Position numbers and translations under genes: made by a program | Notes under the pieces: generated by a model | Database searches by the model: none | What the model was told of the DNA's origin: nothing | The model's input: only the letters and a program-made list of their open reading frames with translations | Part shown: piece by piece, positions 48,919 through 64,000 of the stretch | Numbering within the stretch: position 1 is the stretch's first letter | How the letters are laid out: each line of letters opens with the position of its first letter | Assembly: GCF_009914755.1 (NCBI RefSeq) | Contig: NC_060926.1 | DNA length: 64,000 nt | Source: the human T2T-CHM13v2.0 reference genome, Homo sapiens | Reading direction: 5' to 3' (one strand)

Positions 48919-51175
48919 GGGTTGCCAAAATTCCATAAATGACAGTTATACCTACGTTGTATTTGGCGTGACATGTCAAAGAGATGTAGATGCCTGAAGG
49001 CTATGAATATATAAAATAGATACACTGTTGATGTTGCACTTAATTTATGTGTAATGATGACTTGCTTAATGCAGAAAGTCATATTTTTGCAACTGGATCC
49101 AATATTATTTCAAGTAATGGGCTGTTTGTACTCTACCTTCATCCTCCATTTATGTATGGGTTCTAGGCGCCACTGAAAAATCACACATGTCAAAGAAAGG
49201 GGCTGTGCCTCTATGGGAAAGAACCCTGGCTTGCAGATGTCAGGCATTTCAGGTATAAAATCCATCCAGGTTAGCTTCTATAAATAATCAGGGAACTCTA
49301 GAGATGAGTTGGTTTTTTAACATCTCCTATTTTGTTTTGTTTTTTCATCTTATTGAGTTTGTTACAAGGGCATTATGTTAAACTTCAGTCCTTCCTAAAT
49401 AAGATTTACATTTTCACTTCTTTTCATCCACACAAAAATTATTTTACCAATGAAATTAGTATATGGAATGAATCACTGAGTATGCAGCTTCCAACTGTGT
49501 TGGCCTGGTGTCCCCTTGAAGCATATTACAAACTGATAACTAATCTGCTCTCCCCATCTGGTCTCTGCCTCACTCACAGCATCTCCTGCTTTCCAAGTTA
49601 TTCACACTGAATGTATATCCTTCCAGGGAAAACTAAAAAAATCAACAAATGTGATCCAATATGGTAAGATACCTGTGAAAAAATGGAATAATAGGATGAA
49701 ACATGTGAACACTCTCTCACTTTGGTCTTATAAAGCATGGAAATTGGATACCCTATTTTGAGCTCACATTACAGGAGCAATTATCCCACATTTCGGAGAG
49801 TCAATTATCCTTGCCTGCCTACTTGATTCTGGTCTATCCACACCTGAAACATTCTATTTAATTTAAGATAATTAAGTTAAATAAATGATATAGCCAAATG
49901 GCAAAATAAAAGTAGAAAAGAAATAGCCAATGAGTAGAACAGCAGAATTAGCTTTTGAGAGAAGGCGGAAGACTTAGGATAGAAATGCAATGAATTCAAA
50001 TGTACGATTTTTCTTACATTTTCTGCCTAATACTAAATGTGTTATTTAATCGACTATTCTGTCTTTCTCAAAAATTTTAAGAATCCATTTGAGACCTAGG
50101 ACAATTTTATACTACCCTAGCACTCTCCATTATTCCTAGTATCTTATTTCTTCCTCTTTCTATATCATCTTAATTAGAAGAAACTCTTAAAATAATTTTA
50201 TCTCCACCGTCTATACGTGTACTGCTTTGTAGCTTTTATTCTGAGACCAAGAGCCAGGACTTTTTCCTTTCCACCAGTTTTCCCTCCAACTAGTCCTCTG
50301 CATTCCACCAGAGAGTAATTGGTCCCTGAAAAATAAATAAACATCCTGGAGGCTTGTGGCAAGTGAAAGAATTTAGTACATATAGACAAAGAAATAATAG
50401 CTCAATATTAAAGTTATATTTGGCATTTCAGATTCCCAATACTCTTTTATACTACATGTATTGAATGGCCTTGTTAATCATAATGATAAATGATGGCTTT
50501 AAGTAATACATAATTTTTATCTTTTATCATAAGATGTAAATGCCTGAAGGCTATGGATATATAAAATAGATATGCTGTGGATGTTTCACTTAAATTATGT
50601 GTAATGACAACTCATGGAGCACAGCAAGTCATCTTCTTTTGATGTAAACTGATGTTCTCAATGATGTCATTTAAAGGCTAAAAGTAAGATCCTTTAGTTA
50701 ATCAGTCAAGCCAGCCTGATCCAAGGGTAGGGGTGTAGGGCAGGTTTGCATGCTGGAGTAAATTAGGTTTGGAAGAGGGCCCAGACATGAGTGGAAAGGT
50801 GGAGTCTGGGTCTGGCACTAGAGAATCAGTCCTGTGTGGGGGTGTATAAAAGGGAGGCTCATAGTGGAATAGGAGTCCAGACATTTGCATAAGACTCAGA
50901 TATAAAGCAGGTTTGTAATATTCAGGTAATGTTATAATGTAACTAAGACACTGTGCAGAATGTATTGGAAACCCAGAAAGTCAAAACAATTCTTAGTACT
51001 AATTCCATGTTTTGTTGTTATCCTCTCTCCGCCCCTTGAAAGCATTTTATTATGAAGTTATCATTCCACTGTAGGACACTGTGTCTGAAATATTATCTGT
51101 ATATAATAATTTTTATATAAATGAATACATTGAAATAATGAGAACATGTGCATTGTGAAATAAGACTAGGAATTC

Positions 51176-51660
51176 AGTGGTCAGCTGAATAATGGCTCTC
51201 AAGGACATCACTGTCAAAATTCCTGGAATCTGTGAATGTTAACTTGCCTGAAAAAAGAAACTTTGCAGATATGATAAAGTTAAGGATCTTGGGATGAGAA
51301 GATTACTTTAGATTACCCCTGTGGCCCCAGCTAGGTCCTAAATGTAACCACAAGTGTTCTTATAAGTGGGAGGCAGAGGGAGATAGAAGAGGAGCTAGAA
51401 CATGTGACCGTGAAAGCAAGAGGTTGAAGTCATTTGCAGAAGGAATGCAGGTGGCATCCAGAATCTAGAAAAGGCAAGAAACCAATTCTTCCCTGAATTC
51501 TGTAGAAGAAATCAGCCCTGATAACATATTGACTTTAATCTACTAAAATTGATTTGGGGTTTCTGGCTTCCGGCTTCCAGAACCGTTAAGAGAATACATT
51601 TCTATTGTTTTAAGCCAACACATTGTAGTAAGTTGTTACAGAAGCTGGGCAACTAATATA
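51176..51660 (+). mobile_element. MLT1C/D MaLR LTR
   Basis: gaataatggc...tgtgaatgttaac...ctttgcagatatgataaagttaaggatcttg...ttgttttaagcca. Confidence 0.8.
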
Positions 51661-51739
51661 ACTAGTAAAATAAGATATTCATAACTATAGAACTTATGTG
51701 GCCTTTCTAAATACAGCCTGTGGCAACTTCTGCTAAGGT

Positions 51740-51858
51740 TTTTCACTTGTATTATTTTTTATTGGTGCATTGTTATTTAAATTTTTTTCAAATATTTTCA
51801 GCCCTCACTTGATTGAATCTGTGGATATGAAACCCAAAGATGTAGAGAGTGCCAACTG
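51740..51858. mobile_element. MER2 (Tigger2-derived) terminal fragment
   Basis: ttgattgaatctgtggatatgaaacccaaagatgtagagagtgccaactg|ta. Confidence 0.7.
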
Positions 51859-51928
51859 TATGTGTGTGTACATATATATCTAATATAAAATATTGACTTA
51901 GACATTTATATATACTTATCCAACATAA

Positions 51929-52229
<301 letters not shown>

Positions 52230-52399
52230 CAACATAACACTTTTATACTATGCAATGTAATATATGCTATATAATATTAATGCAACATAACCTATAATAA
52301 TATTTTTATGGTGCCTAGTAGAGACAGTGCAACTGTCCCTTAGAAAGAGGAAGAGGTAAATGAAAATATGGCAGATAAAGTAAGGAATATGATGTCATT

Positions 52400-52911
52400 T
52401 GGGGTAGGCTGAATAATGGCCTCCCAAAGATTCCTATGTCCTACTCCCTGTGAATATGTTGGGTTACATGGCAAGGAAAAATAAAGTTTTCAGATGGAAT
52501 TCAAGTTGCTAATCACCTGAACTTAAAATTATGATACTATTCTGAATTATCTAGGTGGACCCTGGATAATCACAAGCATCCTTAAGTGGGGAGCAGAGGG
52601 GCAGAACTGTCAGGGTGATGCAATGTGAGAAAGGCTCAACAAACAATTGCTGCTGGCTTTGAGGATGAAAAGCGGCCATAAGTCGAGGAATGTGGGCAGA
52701 CTTTGGAAGCTGGAAAAGGCAAGTAAACAAATTCTTCCCTAGAGCTTCCAGAAAAAAAAAAAAAAAAACTAATGCTGTCAACATCTTGATTTTAGCCCAG
52801 TGAGACCCATTTTGGGCCTCTGACCTCCAAAACTTAAGGGAATACATTTGTGTTGTTTTAAACCATTAAATTTCTGGTAATTTGTTACAGCAGCAATAGG
52901 AAAAGAGCACA
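52400..52911 (+). mobile_element. MLT1D MaLR LTR
   Basis: gtaggctgaataatggcctcccaaaga...tttagcccagtgagaccc...aatttgttacagcagcaatagg. Confidence 0.85.
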
Positions 52912-54163
52912 AAGTTACTAGATCAATAGAGCAACACGAGTAGATATTAGAAACAGCATTGAATAGGAAAAAAAAAGAAGCAGAATAAAATATATATAAC
53001 AGTGTAATTTATATAAATTAAAAATACACACAAACAATGCAATATTATAAAATAGGATGCATATCAAATGAATGGGTGCACCTTGAAGACAGGTGGAGAA
53101 TGGAAGTGGGAGGAGTTTACAAAAAGAGTAAGAACTAAAATAAAATATGGAATCAGAACAGTGCTCTTTTCATTATAAAAAGTGCTATAAAGTTAAAGCA
53201 CTCTTTTCATCATAAAAATGCAATAAAGTTAACATGAATAAAGACTTGAGCCTTTTTGCATGTTCATAGCTAATTTTTGAATGTCTAAGAAAGCTCAATA
53301 AAACTTACATCTACAGAAACATTTGTGTTCATTTATCTCTGCAGTGATTGATTAGCTAATTAATTAACTAACATGTGTCCCACATTGTCCTCCAAAGTAT
53401 TTACCCATAAAATTCAAGAAGAAAAGAATTGTATAAAGTAAGTAAGGGAAATTATGGCAAAGGGATAATAAAGTGCAAATTTAACCAATATTATTTTTAG
53501 AAAACCCAAGTGCAATTCTGTATTCCACATTGTCCACCTGGCTGGTTTCCAACGACTTCTGTGTTTTCTGAACCTTAGGCTGTCTGATTACACCAAGCCA
53601 CCAAGCACCTTCTGGGAAAAAGTACTGAGACTGAGATCTGGGATTCTAGAATTAGACTCTCTAAAAATAAACCTAGGGATTTCCGAACAACCTATTTTCT
53701 GCTTTTCTGAAATTCCAGGACAATCAAGAAATGAAGAACCTGTCTTGGTGATAATTTTGAAAATCTCTTCAGCCCCTTGGTGTCATTAAGATGAGAAGTA
53801 ATCTCTTTTGATAGATTTAAGAAGGCATTGAACTTGAGCTTGTTCCAAAGAAGCAAATTACACTGGGGACATTTGCTGCTCTCTGGGTCCACAGCACGGT
53901 ATGGCGTCTACATTGCATTTTGCTAATATTCTTGATGTTTTCTGACGTATGCACGACTGTGGAGGCTGATATCCTTGGAATGTCTTCAAACACAAACCTT
54001 TTGATCTGGAGACTCTTTTAAACTAGTCATAATAGCATCTCCATTAACTGTTCTGTTATTTTCTCCTCCCTGCACGTGCCACTTCAACCAGTGCCAGGAG
54101 CTTATGGGATTTCAGTGTCTTTTTAAACAAAATTTCAATTGACAGATAATTTTTTTATATTTA

Positions 54164-54831
<668 letters not shown>

Positions 54832-56868
54832 TCAATCAAGGTAATTAACGTACCTTTCACCTTACCAACTTAACATTTTTTTGAGGGGAGAATATTAAAA
54901 ATCTATTCTTAAGCAATTTTGAAATATACAATATATTATTATTAACTGTGGTCACAAAGTCTTATTAGTTGCTTGTTCTTGCCTTGGGATATAGAGAAAT
55001 AAATAGAGGAATATATTCAGGAATGAGGAAAACAGAGAAATATAACATTTTATAAAGTTTTGAATAAATATTTTGCATGAGAATCATGAGGAATTTCCCC
55101 TTTTTATCTTCCTTGCCTTGAGTCATTATTATTTTAAAATAATTTAAAATGTTGCTAAAGAAAGAAATCAAAATGATTGAAGAGAAAAATATTAAAAGAG
55201 AGAAACTCTCAGAAAAACATTAAAAGGAGAATGGCAGAAAGAACTAATATGGAGCATGACATTGGAATTAGAAATAAGACCACAATATAAGGTAAGAATT
55301 AAAAATAGATAAAATAGTAGCAAAATTAAATGAGCTAAAGACATATTAAAAAACAAAAAGGTGAATAATTAAAATTAAGCAAAAACAAGTATGAGGAAGG
55401 TGCACCCTGGTTATTGAGTTATAAAGCATACAAATGGAGGATGATGGCTACGCCATGGGTACAAATGTTGGGGTGGGAAGAGTGAAAGTAAGAGGACTGA
55501 GAAGATTTATGAGGGATATGGGAGAAAGTGGGGTGAGAGGCAGTGGTCAAAGTGTGAGCAGTAGGTGCTTTGGGTGAGTACAGCCTTTCCCTCTTTGAGG
55601 AAGGCTGGGACACAGTCAGAACATGCTATCACCTCTTTGTTACTTCTGTCTTGTTGTCTGGATCATTAGTGGAAGAGTCTGCTTCCTAAAAGGTTGGCAG
55701 TGGAGGGGGTTTCAAAGTTCACTCACAGAAAAAGTAGAATAGCAATGCATAGACTCAAGGTATGGGAAAGTGAAAGAACACGAGAAGTTTTGGGTCAGCC
55801 CTGGGGAAGACAGAAAACATATGGTCAGTTTAGAGAAGAGATAACATCCATTTACTCTGCTCTGGGCAAGAATAGGTTAGAAGTAATCATCATTTAATTG
55901 ACGCCTTACTTGAGGGTCAATTTTATGCACCTGCCGTTTGCCTTGAAATAGGTTCTAAATACCCAAAGTAAATATTTACTAAGAAAATAAGCATTCTTGC
56001 TTTTATTAACCTAATTTCCAAAATTCAAATTAAGGTGTAAGTTTATTTGTTACTACCTTGCTGGAATTATATACCCCATGTTTTATTTATCAATTGCCTT
56101 CTTTACACAATATAGCACTTTATATTGTTAGAATGATAAGCAGGAGAATGTGATAGCTCTGTCACAAAGAGCTGGTAATGAATAAGTGAATTATAGAGGC
56201 CATCTCTTCTATTCTGCTTTGTTTAATTCTACCCTCTCTGATTTCTTCCATTTTCCAATAACATGACTTTCTTTTTGGAGATCCCTTTGTGTGAGATTTA
56301 GATGGGACTGAGGCTACCCTGTAGCCACAGGTATAAGAATAAAATAATGTGACTTCAGGATTAATTATTCACTATGGCATTCATAGGAATATAAGGAGTT
56401 TTAAGAGATTCTGTTCTTCAGGGATGTGCAATTCTGTTTAATATCTAAATTATTTCCACAGAAAAATAAATAAAAATGCTTTGATGCACAAACTGAGTGA
56501 TGGACAAATGGGGAAGAGAATTATTCCTGTAGGAATTTGAAATCAAAGGAGGTATAACCAAAAAAGACTAAGGTGTTCTAGGAGGTCACAATGAAGGAGC
56601 TGAGATTTTAATTAGGTATAGACCTTAGTTTGTTCTGTCTTGAAGAGAGGAAAAGACAGAAAAAAAAATGGTAAAGAGTAAGAAACACATTGTTGAGTTA
56701 TGGTTTGGGAAGAGGTGGAGGAGGGAGGGATCAGTGTGAGCAAAGCTATCAAAATGGAACTAAGTACTTTGATAAGGAAAACAGAAATGTGAAGTTAGGA
56801 AAGAGATGGACGAAGGAAGAGGAGAAAACATATTTATGTCATATTTATGTCAAGAATCATAGCTTTTA

Positions 56869-56900
56869 CAGGCATACCTTGGAGATATTGTGAGTTCAGT
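56869..56900. mobile_element. Tigger1 terminal-inverted-repeat remnant
   Basis: TA|caggcataccttggagatattgtgagttcagt matches the Tigger1 end as I recall it. Confidence 0.6.
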
Positions 56901-56920
56901 CTATTAAGTGGTAACAGCAT

Positions 56921-58597
56921 TGATATGGCTTGGATCTTGGATTTTTTTGAGTGTTCTCACCCAAATTTCATGTTCAATTGTAATTCCCAGTGTTGCAGGT
57001 GGGAAGTGATTGGATCATGGGGGCAGTTAAAAGAAAACTTTAGACAAATTAAATTTAACAGAGTTTAATTGAGCAAGAGAAAAACATTTGCAAATTGGGC
57101 AGACTCCTGAATCACAGCAGATTCAGATAGACTCCAGGGGTGTGTCATGGTCACAGCAAATTTATAAACAAAAAAAGGAAAGTGATGTACAGAAAGCAGA
57201 CATGAGTTACAGGAACAGCTGGATTGGTTACAGCTTGGCATTTGCTTTATTTGAACACAGTTGAACAGTCAGCAGCATATGAGTGGTTCAAGTATGGCTG
57301 CTGGATTTGGCTGAGACTCAGCAGTTGTTACAGAAGCATACTCCTAAATTAAGTTTTCAGTCTTGTCTACCTACTAGTTAAGTTATGGTTTGTTCTCAAG
57401 GACTCAAATATGGAAGTACAGAAGCTTTTGCAGGCCATATTTAGTTTGATTTAACAGGTTGAAGTTCTCATGAATGGCTTAGTACCATCCCCTCCTTGGT
57501 ATTGTATAGTGAGTGAGTTCTCACAAGATCTGATTGTTTTAGAGTATGTAGCACCTTTCCCCTCTCTCTCTTCCTCCTACTCTGGCCATTTAAAATGTGC
57601 CTGCCTCCCTTTTACCTTCTGCCATTATTGTAAGCTTCCTGAAGCCTCCCCAGAAGCAGGAGCTACTATGATTCCTGTACAGACTGCAGAACCATGAGTT
57701 AATTAAACCTCTTTTCTTTATAAATTACTCAGTCTCAGGTATTTCTTTATAGTAGTGCAAGAACTGATTAATACAGAAAATTGGTACTGAGAAGTGGGGA
57801 ACTGCTGTAAAGATACTTGAAAATGTGGAAGCAGCTTTGGAACTGAGTAACAGACAAAGATTGGTATAGTGTGGAGGGCTCAGAAGAAGGTGGGAAAATG
57901 GAAAATAACTTTGGAACTTTATAGAGACTTGTAAAGTTCTTGTGACCAAAATGCTGATAGTGATATGGATAATGAAGTCCAGGCTGAGGAAGTCTCAGAT
58001 GGAAATGAGGAACTAATTAGGAACTGGAGCAAAGGTCACTGTTGTTATACATTAGCAAAGAGGTTGGCTGCATTGTGCCCCTGCCCTGGGGACTTGTGGA
58101 AGTTTGAAGTTGAGAATGATTACTGAAGTTATCTGGTGGAAGAAATTTCCAAGCAGCAAAGTGTTCAAGATTTGGCCTGGCTGATTCTAACCATCTATTC
58201 CCATTGTGTGAGCAAAGAGATGATCTAAAACTGGAACTTATATTTAAAGGGGAAGCAGAGCATAATAGTTTGGAAAATTTGCAGTCTGGTCATATAGTAG
58301 AAAAAGGAAAGCCCATTTTCAGGGGAGGAATTCAAGCAGATTGCAGAAATTTACATAACTAAAAGGAAGGCAAGTGCTGATATCCAAGACAATGGAGAGA
58401 AAACCTTGAAGGCATTTCAGAAACCTTTGTGGCAGCCCTTCCCATCACAGGCTTGGAGGCCTGGGAGGACAGAATGGTATCATTGGCCACACTCAGGGCC
58501 CAACTGCCCTGTGCAGCTTTGGGACACTGCTCCCTGAATCCCACCAGTTCCAGCTCCTGCTCCAGCCATGGCTAAAAGGGGCCCAAATACAGCTTGC
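56921..58597 (+). mobile_element. MSTA-like LTR (56921-57775) plus truncated MST internal region (57776-~58597)
   Basis: tgatatgg...aataca LTR; internal starts gaaaattggtactgagaagtgggg; no 3' LTR. Confidence 0.88.
57025..57456 (-). mobile_element. MER57/MER101-group ERV1 solo LTR nested in the MSTA LTR
   Basis: gttaaaagaaaactttagacaaattaaatttaacagagtttaattgagc...ggccatatttagtttgatttaaca; MSTA is collinear on both sides. Confidence 0.7.
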
Positions 58598-58600
58598 ATG

Positions 58601-58627
58601 TATAGGCATGAGCCACTGCGCCCAGCC
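58601..58627 (-). mobile_element. 27-bp Alu 5'-end remnant
   Basis: Reverse complement is ggctgggcgcagtggctcatgcctata. Confidence 0.8.
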
Positions 58628-58639
58628 CACCCTCATCCC

Positions 58640-58860
58640 CCTTTTAACTATACAGCATCTCCTGCTTGGCACTAAGTAATTGGCAACTTTATTTTGTCCA
58701 TTTGTCTTCTGATTATCTTTTCTTTTCTCAACTTGCTTGCAAGGTCTTTAAGGACAGAAACTACATCTCTTTCGGCTCTCCACTGTACTTATAAAACCCA
58801 GGAGAGGGCATATACTGAGAACCAGAAGAGAGTATTAATGAATGAATATAATGAATTAAA
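58640..58860 (+). mobile_element. L2 3' end
   Basis: tgcaaggtctttaaggacagaaactacatct...tattaatgaatgaat. Confidence 0.55.
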
Positions 58861-60716
58861 TAATTAGACAGAAAAAAAGAAAGGCAGCAGATAGAACAGA
58901 TTGGACTCTTTTGCAATTCTTCAGATGTGAGGTGGTTGCAGATAATACACAGGTGTGGAACACAGAATGTATTTTACAGCACCTTCTGTAACGTGTTATA
59001 GATGTTGAACTGGAAAATAAACTTTTAATGATATATTGATGAAAAATTTTGATTCCATATAATTTATAGCAATTTTAAGGTCAGTGACCTTTTCAAATAT
59101 TTTTAAGATAGCTTAAACTAAAAACCTTTAGATAAAGAAGAATGCAATATTATAAAAACATGAAATAATTATTTTCATATACTTATATATGGCATCACTT
59201 GTAAGAGAGAAGAAATTGATGCATATTAACCTCAAAGATCAGGAAAAGGAGATTTATTTAGGCTTTGATTATCAGAATGAAATCCATTCTGACTGACTCT
59301 TAGTGGCTGTAGATAACTTATCTATCTGGATGAGGTGCAAGAAAAAAGCCTCTCATCTCAGGCAATTTAATCAGATCTTAGGATCATTATCAGATATAAT
59401 ACTTCAAGGATCTCTGGAATGACAAAAATAATCAGCACTGACAAGCAATTCCCTAGAGGTCCATGGTGTGAACTGATAATAAATGCAAAGACAGGCTACC
59501 ATGATAAGTAAAAATTAAGTCCTAAGCTTTATTGGTGAACAATTTGTTGAGGGAGAGGTCAGCTAATCTTTGACACAATCCAGACTTCTTTTTAACTTAA
59601 AATAAGAGGCCAAATTAATTTTAAACAACCCAAATCAATCTGTCTCTATGGTTTTAGATTTTCATTATCAAAACCTCTAAAATTAGTTGTCCTAAACTAG
59701 ACATTAACCTTAGTGCCCCAGCTACACATAGAATACTTGAAAACCAACATTAGGTAATGAAAAATACAGACTGAAATGTGACAATTACAGTCACCAACTT
59801 GTAATTTGCTTATTATTTTCAGAAAAAACTGAGATGAAGAAGATATAATTATCCATATAGGGAGAAAAATATGCCCTGGAGAAATTGTAGTACTATTATC
59901 CTGTTATCTGATCTATGCTAAAGCCATCTGGTGGGCTTACAGGTTAAAGACTACTCATTTCTCATTTACAACACCAGCTACAACAAATTTAAAGAGCACA
60001 TTTTTTGGTCACATGATGGAGAATGAATAGGTAGATGCTACCAGGCATGGCTGGTGGAGGAAGACCCTTCCATCTTCATTTAAAAAGTGCATGTTTAATT
60101 AGGGCTTCAATTTGGCACAGACTCAGATTAATCATGTGACATTAGGCATGATAGAATATGCTTCCAAATCCAAAAATGTGCTTTGATATACCATTTCATC
60201 AGTGACTGTCATAATATCATTATTTTACAAATATAGAAAATGATACTGTGGGAATTCAAGTACATTTGGAAAGTACTGTTAGTAAAAAGAACTTCAGTTT
60301 TGCTCAAGAGAAATTAATTTTTTCTAAAACTCATGGGCCCCCATTATCTTTTCTGGTTAATGCTATCTTGTTATGATATAAGTCATATTAATCTCCATCT
60401 ATCTTTATTTAAGTTTTACTTGGCCAGGCTGATGAGATGACAGGTCATCTTGTAGATGTGTCAGTGTTACAACACACTGAAAACTATGAAATAAGATGAG
60501 CATTAACACTGAGCTAATTCTCTACTCAGCAAGTAGAAAATGTCCATTTCCATGAAAACTGATTGTGAAAAATGAGAATAGTCAGTTAAGGATCTAGACA
60601 TAGCTAGTGGACAGAATCTGACATGCACTCTTGACTCAGTCTCAGTTTCATTTTCCCTGCATGAATAGGATCTGTATTTGAGAATGATAACAAACATTTT
60701 GTATAAACCTGAGAAA

Positions 60717-60830
60717 TTATATATATATTTGTATGTGTAGGTATGTATACATATATGTATGTATATGCGCATATACATACATATATGTATATACATATAT
60801 ATGTGCATGTGTGTATATGCATATATATAC
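60717..60830. repeat. (TA/TG/CA)n low-complexity microsatellite
   Basis: tatatatatttgtatgtgtaggtatgtatacatatatg... Confidence 0.9.
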
Positions 60831-61016
60831 ATTTTTAAAAATTAGATGTTTCATAATTACTCTCATTTTTTTTTCTGTAAGTCTCTTTTATTCCTATTTG
60901 ATTTGGAAGGTGAAAATTTTAGACCCATGTCCAAGTCTCTATCTTCTCATTATTTGTCATTTAAAGTACACTTCTTAGTATTTAGGTCTGTCTTCATTAT
61001 TATGACATGAGTATAA

Positions 61017-61301
<285 letters not shown>

Positions 61302-61437
61302 AGCATTTAATTTTTATAAGAACTTGCCCAAGGTGTCACAGCTATGAAATGCTAGAGACAGGGTTGGAATCCAGGTGTCTCTCCACAGCCCATATTCTTA
61401 ATCTTTATTTTGCTTCCAGGTGGTTGAGCACTGTAGC

Positions 61438-61600
61438 CATGCTTCTCTAACTTTAGTGGGATTATGAATCATTGGGCATCTTGTTAAAATGCAGATTCTG
61501 ATTCAGCAAGTCTGGAGAGGGGTCTGAGAGTCTGCCTTTTTAACCAATTCTCAAGTGATACTGATGGTGCTAGTTTGTGGAACACACATTGAGTAGCAAG
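61438..61600. mobile_element. MER5A/B hAT-Charlie MITE
   Basis: cttgttaaaatgcagattctgattcagcaagtctgg...tgagagtctgcctttttaac...cacattgagtagcaag. Confidence 0.8.
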
Positions 61601-61837
61601 ATATTATATCACTCTGAACCTAGAGAAGATTACCTCTTTTTGTTTGTTTTCTTTTTTAGCTGCATGCCAGGTTATACATGGTAATATTCATCATACTGTA
61701 TCATCAAGCAATCTCTAGGTAAGCAGTGCCCTAGAGAAGTGAGAATCAGCTCTACCACCGTTTTCCCATGGGTGCTTGTCATTTGATTTCTCTGAGTCAG
61801 CTTCTTATTGAAACAGAAAAATGAGTAGGTTAGACTA

Positions 61838-61894
61838 AATCATTGTTATCATCATTATTACCATCATCATCATCATCATGACCATCATCATCAT
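61838..61894. repeat. (CAT)n microsatellite preceding a minus-strand MIR (~61897-62060)
   Basis: Read directly; MIR motif tttattgagtgctta...tttaatcctca. Confidence 0.8.
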
Positions 61895-62078
61895 CTAAAG
61901 TTTATTGAGTGCTTATGATAAGCTCGGAACCTCTTAAAAGCCTTATTATAAGCTCAGAGCTGTTGCTTTACATTGATTCTATCGTTTAATCCTCAAAATC
62001 ATTTTATAAAGTAAATTGAGACATTACAAAGGTTAAGTAAATTTCAATATATGCCTATGATTCTAAATGATGCTGTTA

Positions 62079-64000
<1,922 letters not shown>

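Noticed and set aside
60503-60978. Tyr/Ile/His/Cys-rich ORFs
   Set aside because: Translations of a (TA/TG)n microsatellite.

Overview
Primate (most likely human or great-ape) AT-rich, gene-poor intergenic or intronic DNA. I found no credible host protein-coding gene, RNA gene or CRISPR array. The long ORFs are LINE-1 ORF2 remnants; the short ORFs are chance frames in Alu, MaLR or LTR sequence. About half the window is recognisable transposon sequence: a decayed L1MA1/2-like element (1-5175), a 5'-truncated L1PA3-like copy (6049-8217), a young L1PA2-like copy with a twin-priming 5' inversion (62091-64000+), about 15 Alu/FLAM copies (many with intact TSDs), THE1/MST/MLT LTRs including a near full-length THE1B provirus, an LTR1 solo LTR, Tigger3b, Charlie1a, MER2, MER5, and MIR/L2 relics. 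The most unusual structures are: a 4-unit ~130 bp tandem array with an Alu fragment in one unit (47650-48343); a palindrome-spacer-palindrome unit inside Charlie1a (45941-46021); a 101-bp ungapped direct repeat 1550 bp apart (48982/50532); a THE1B provirus with discordant LTRs and no TSD; and several motif-dense unique segments that look like enhancers. I found no convincing previously undescribed biological system. Subfamily names come from remembered consensus motifs, not from a database search.
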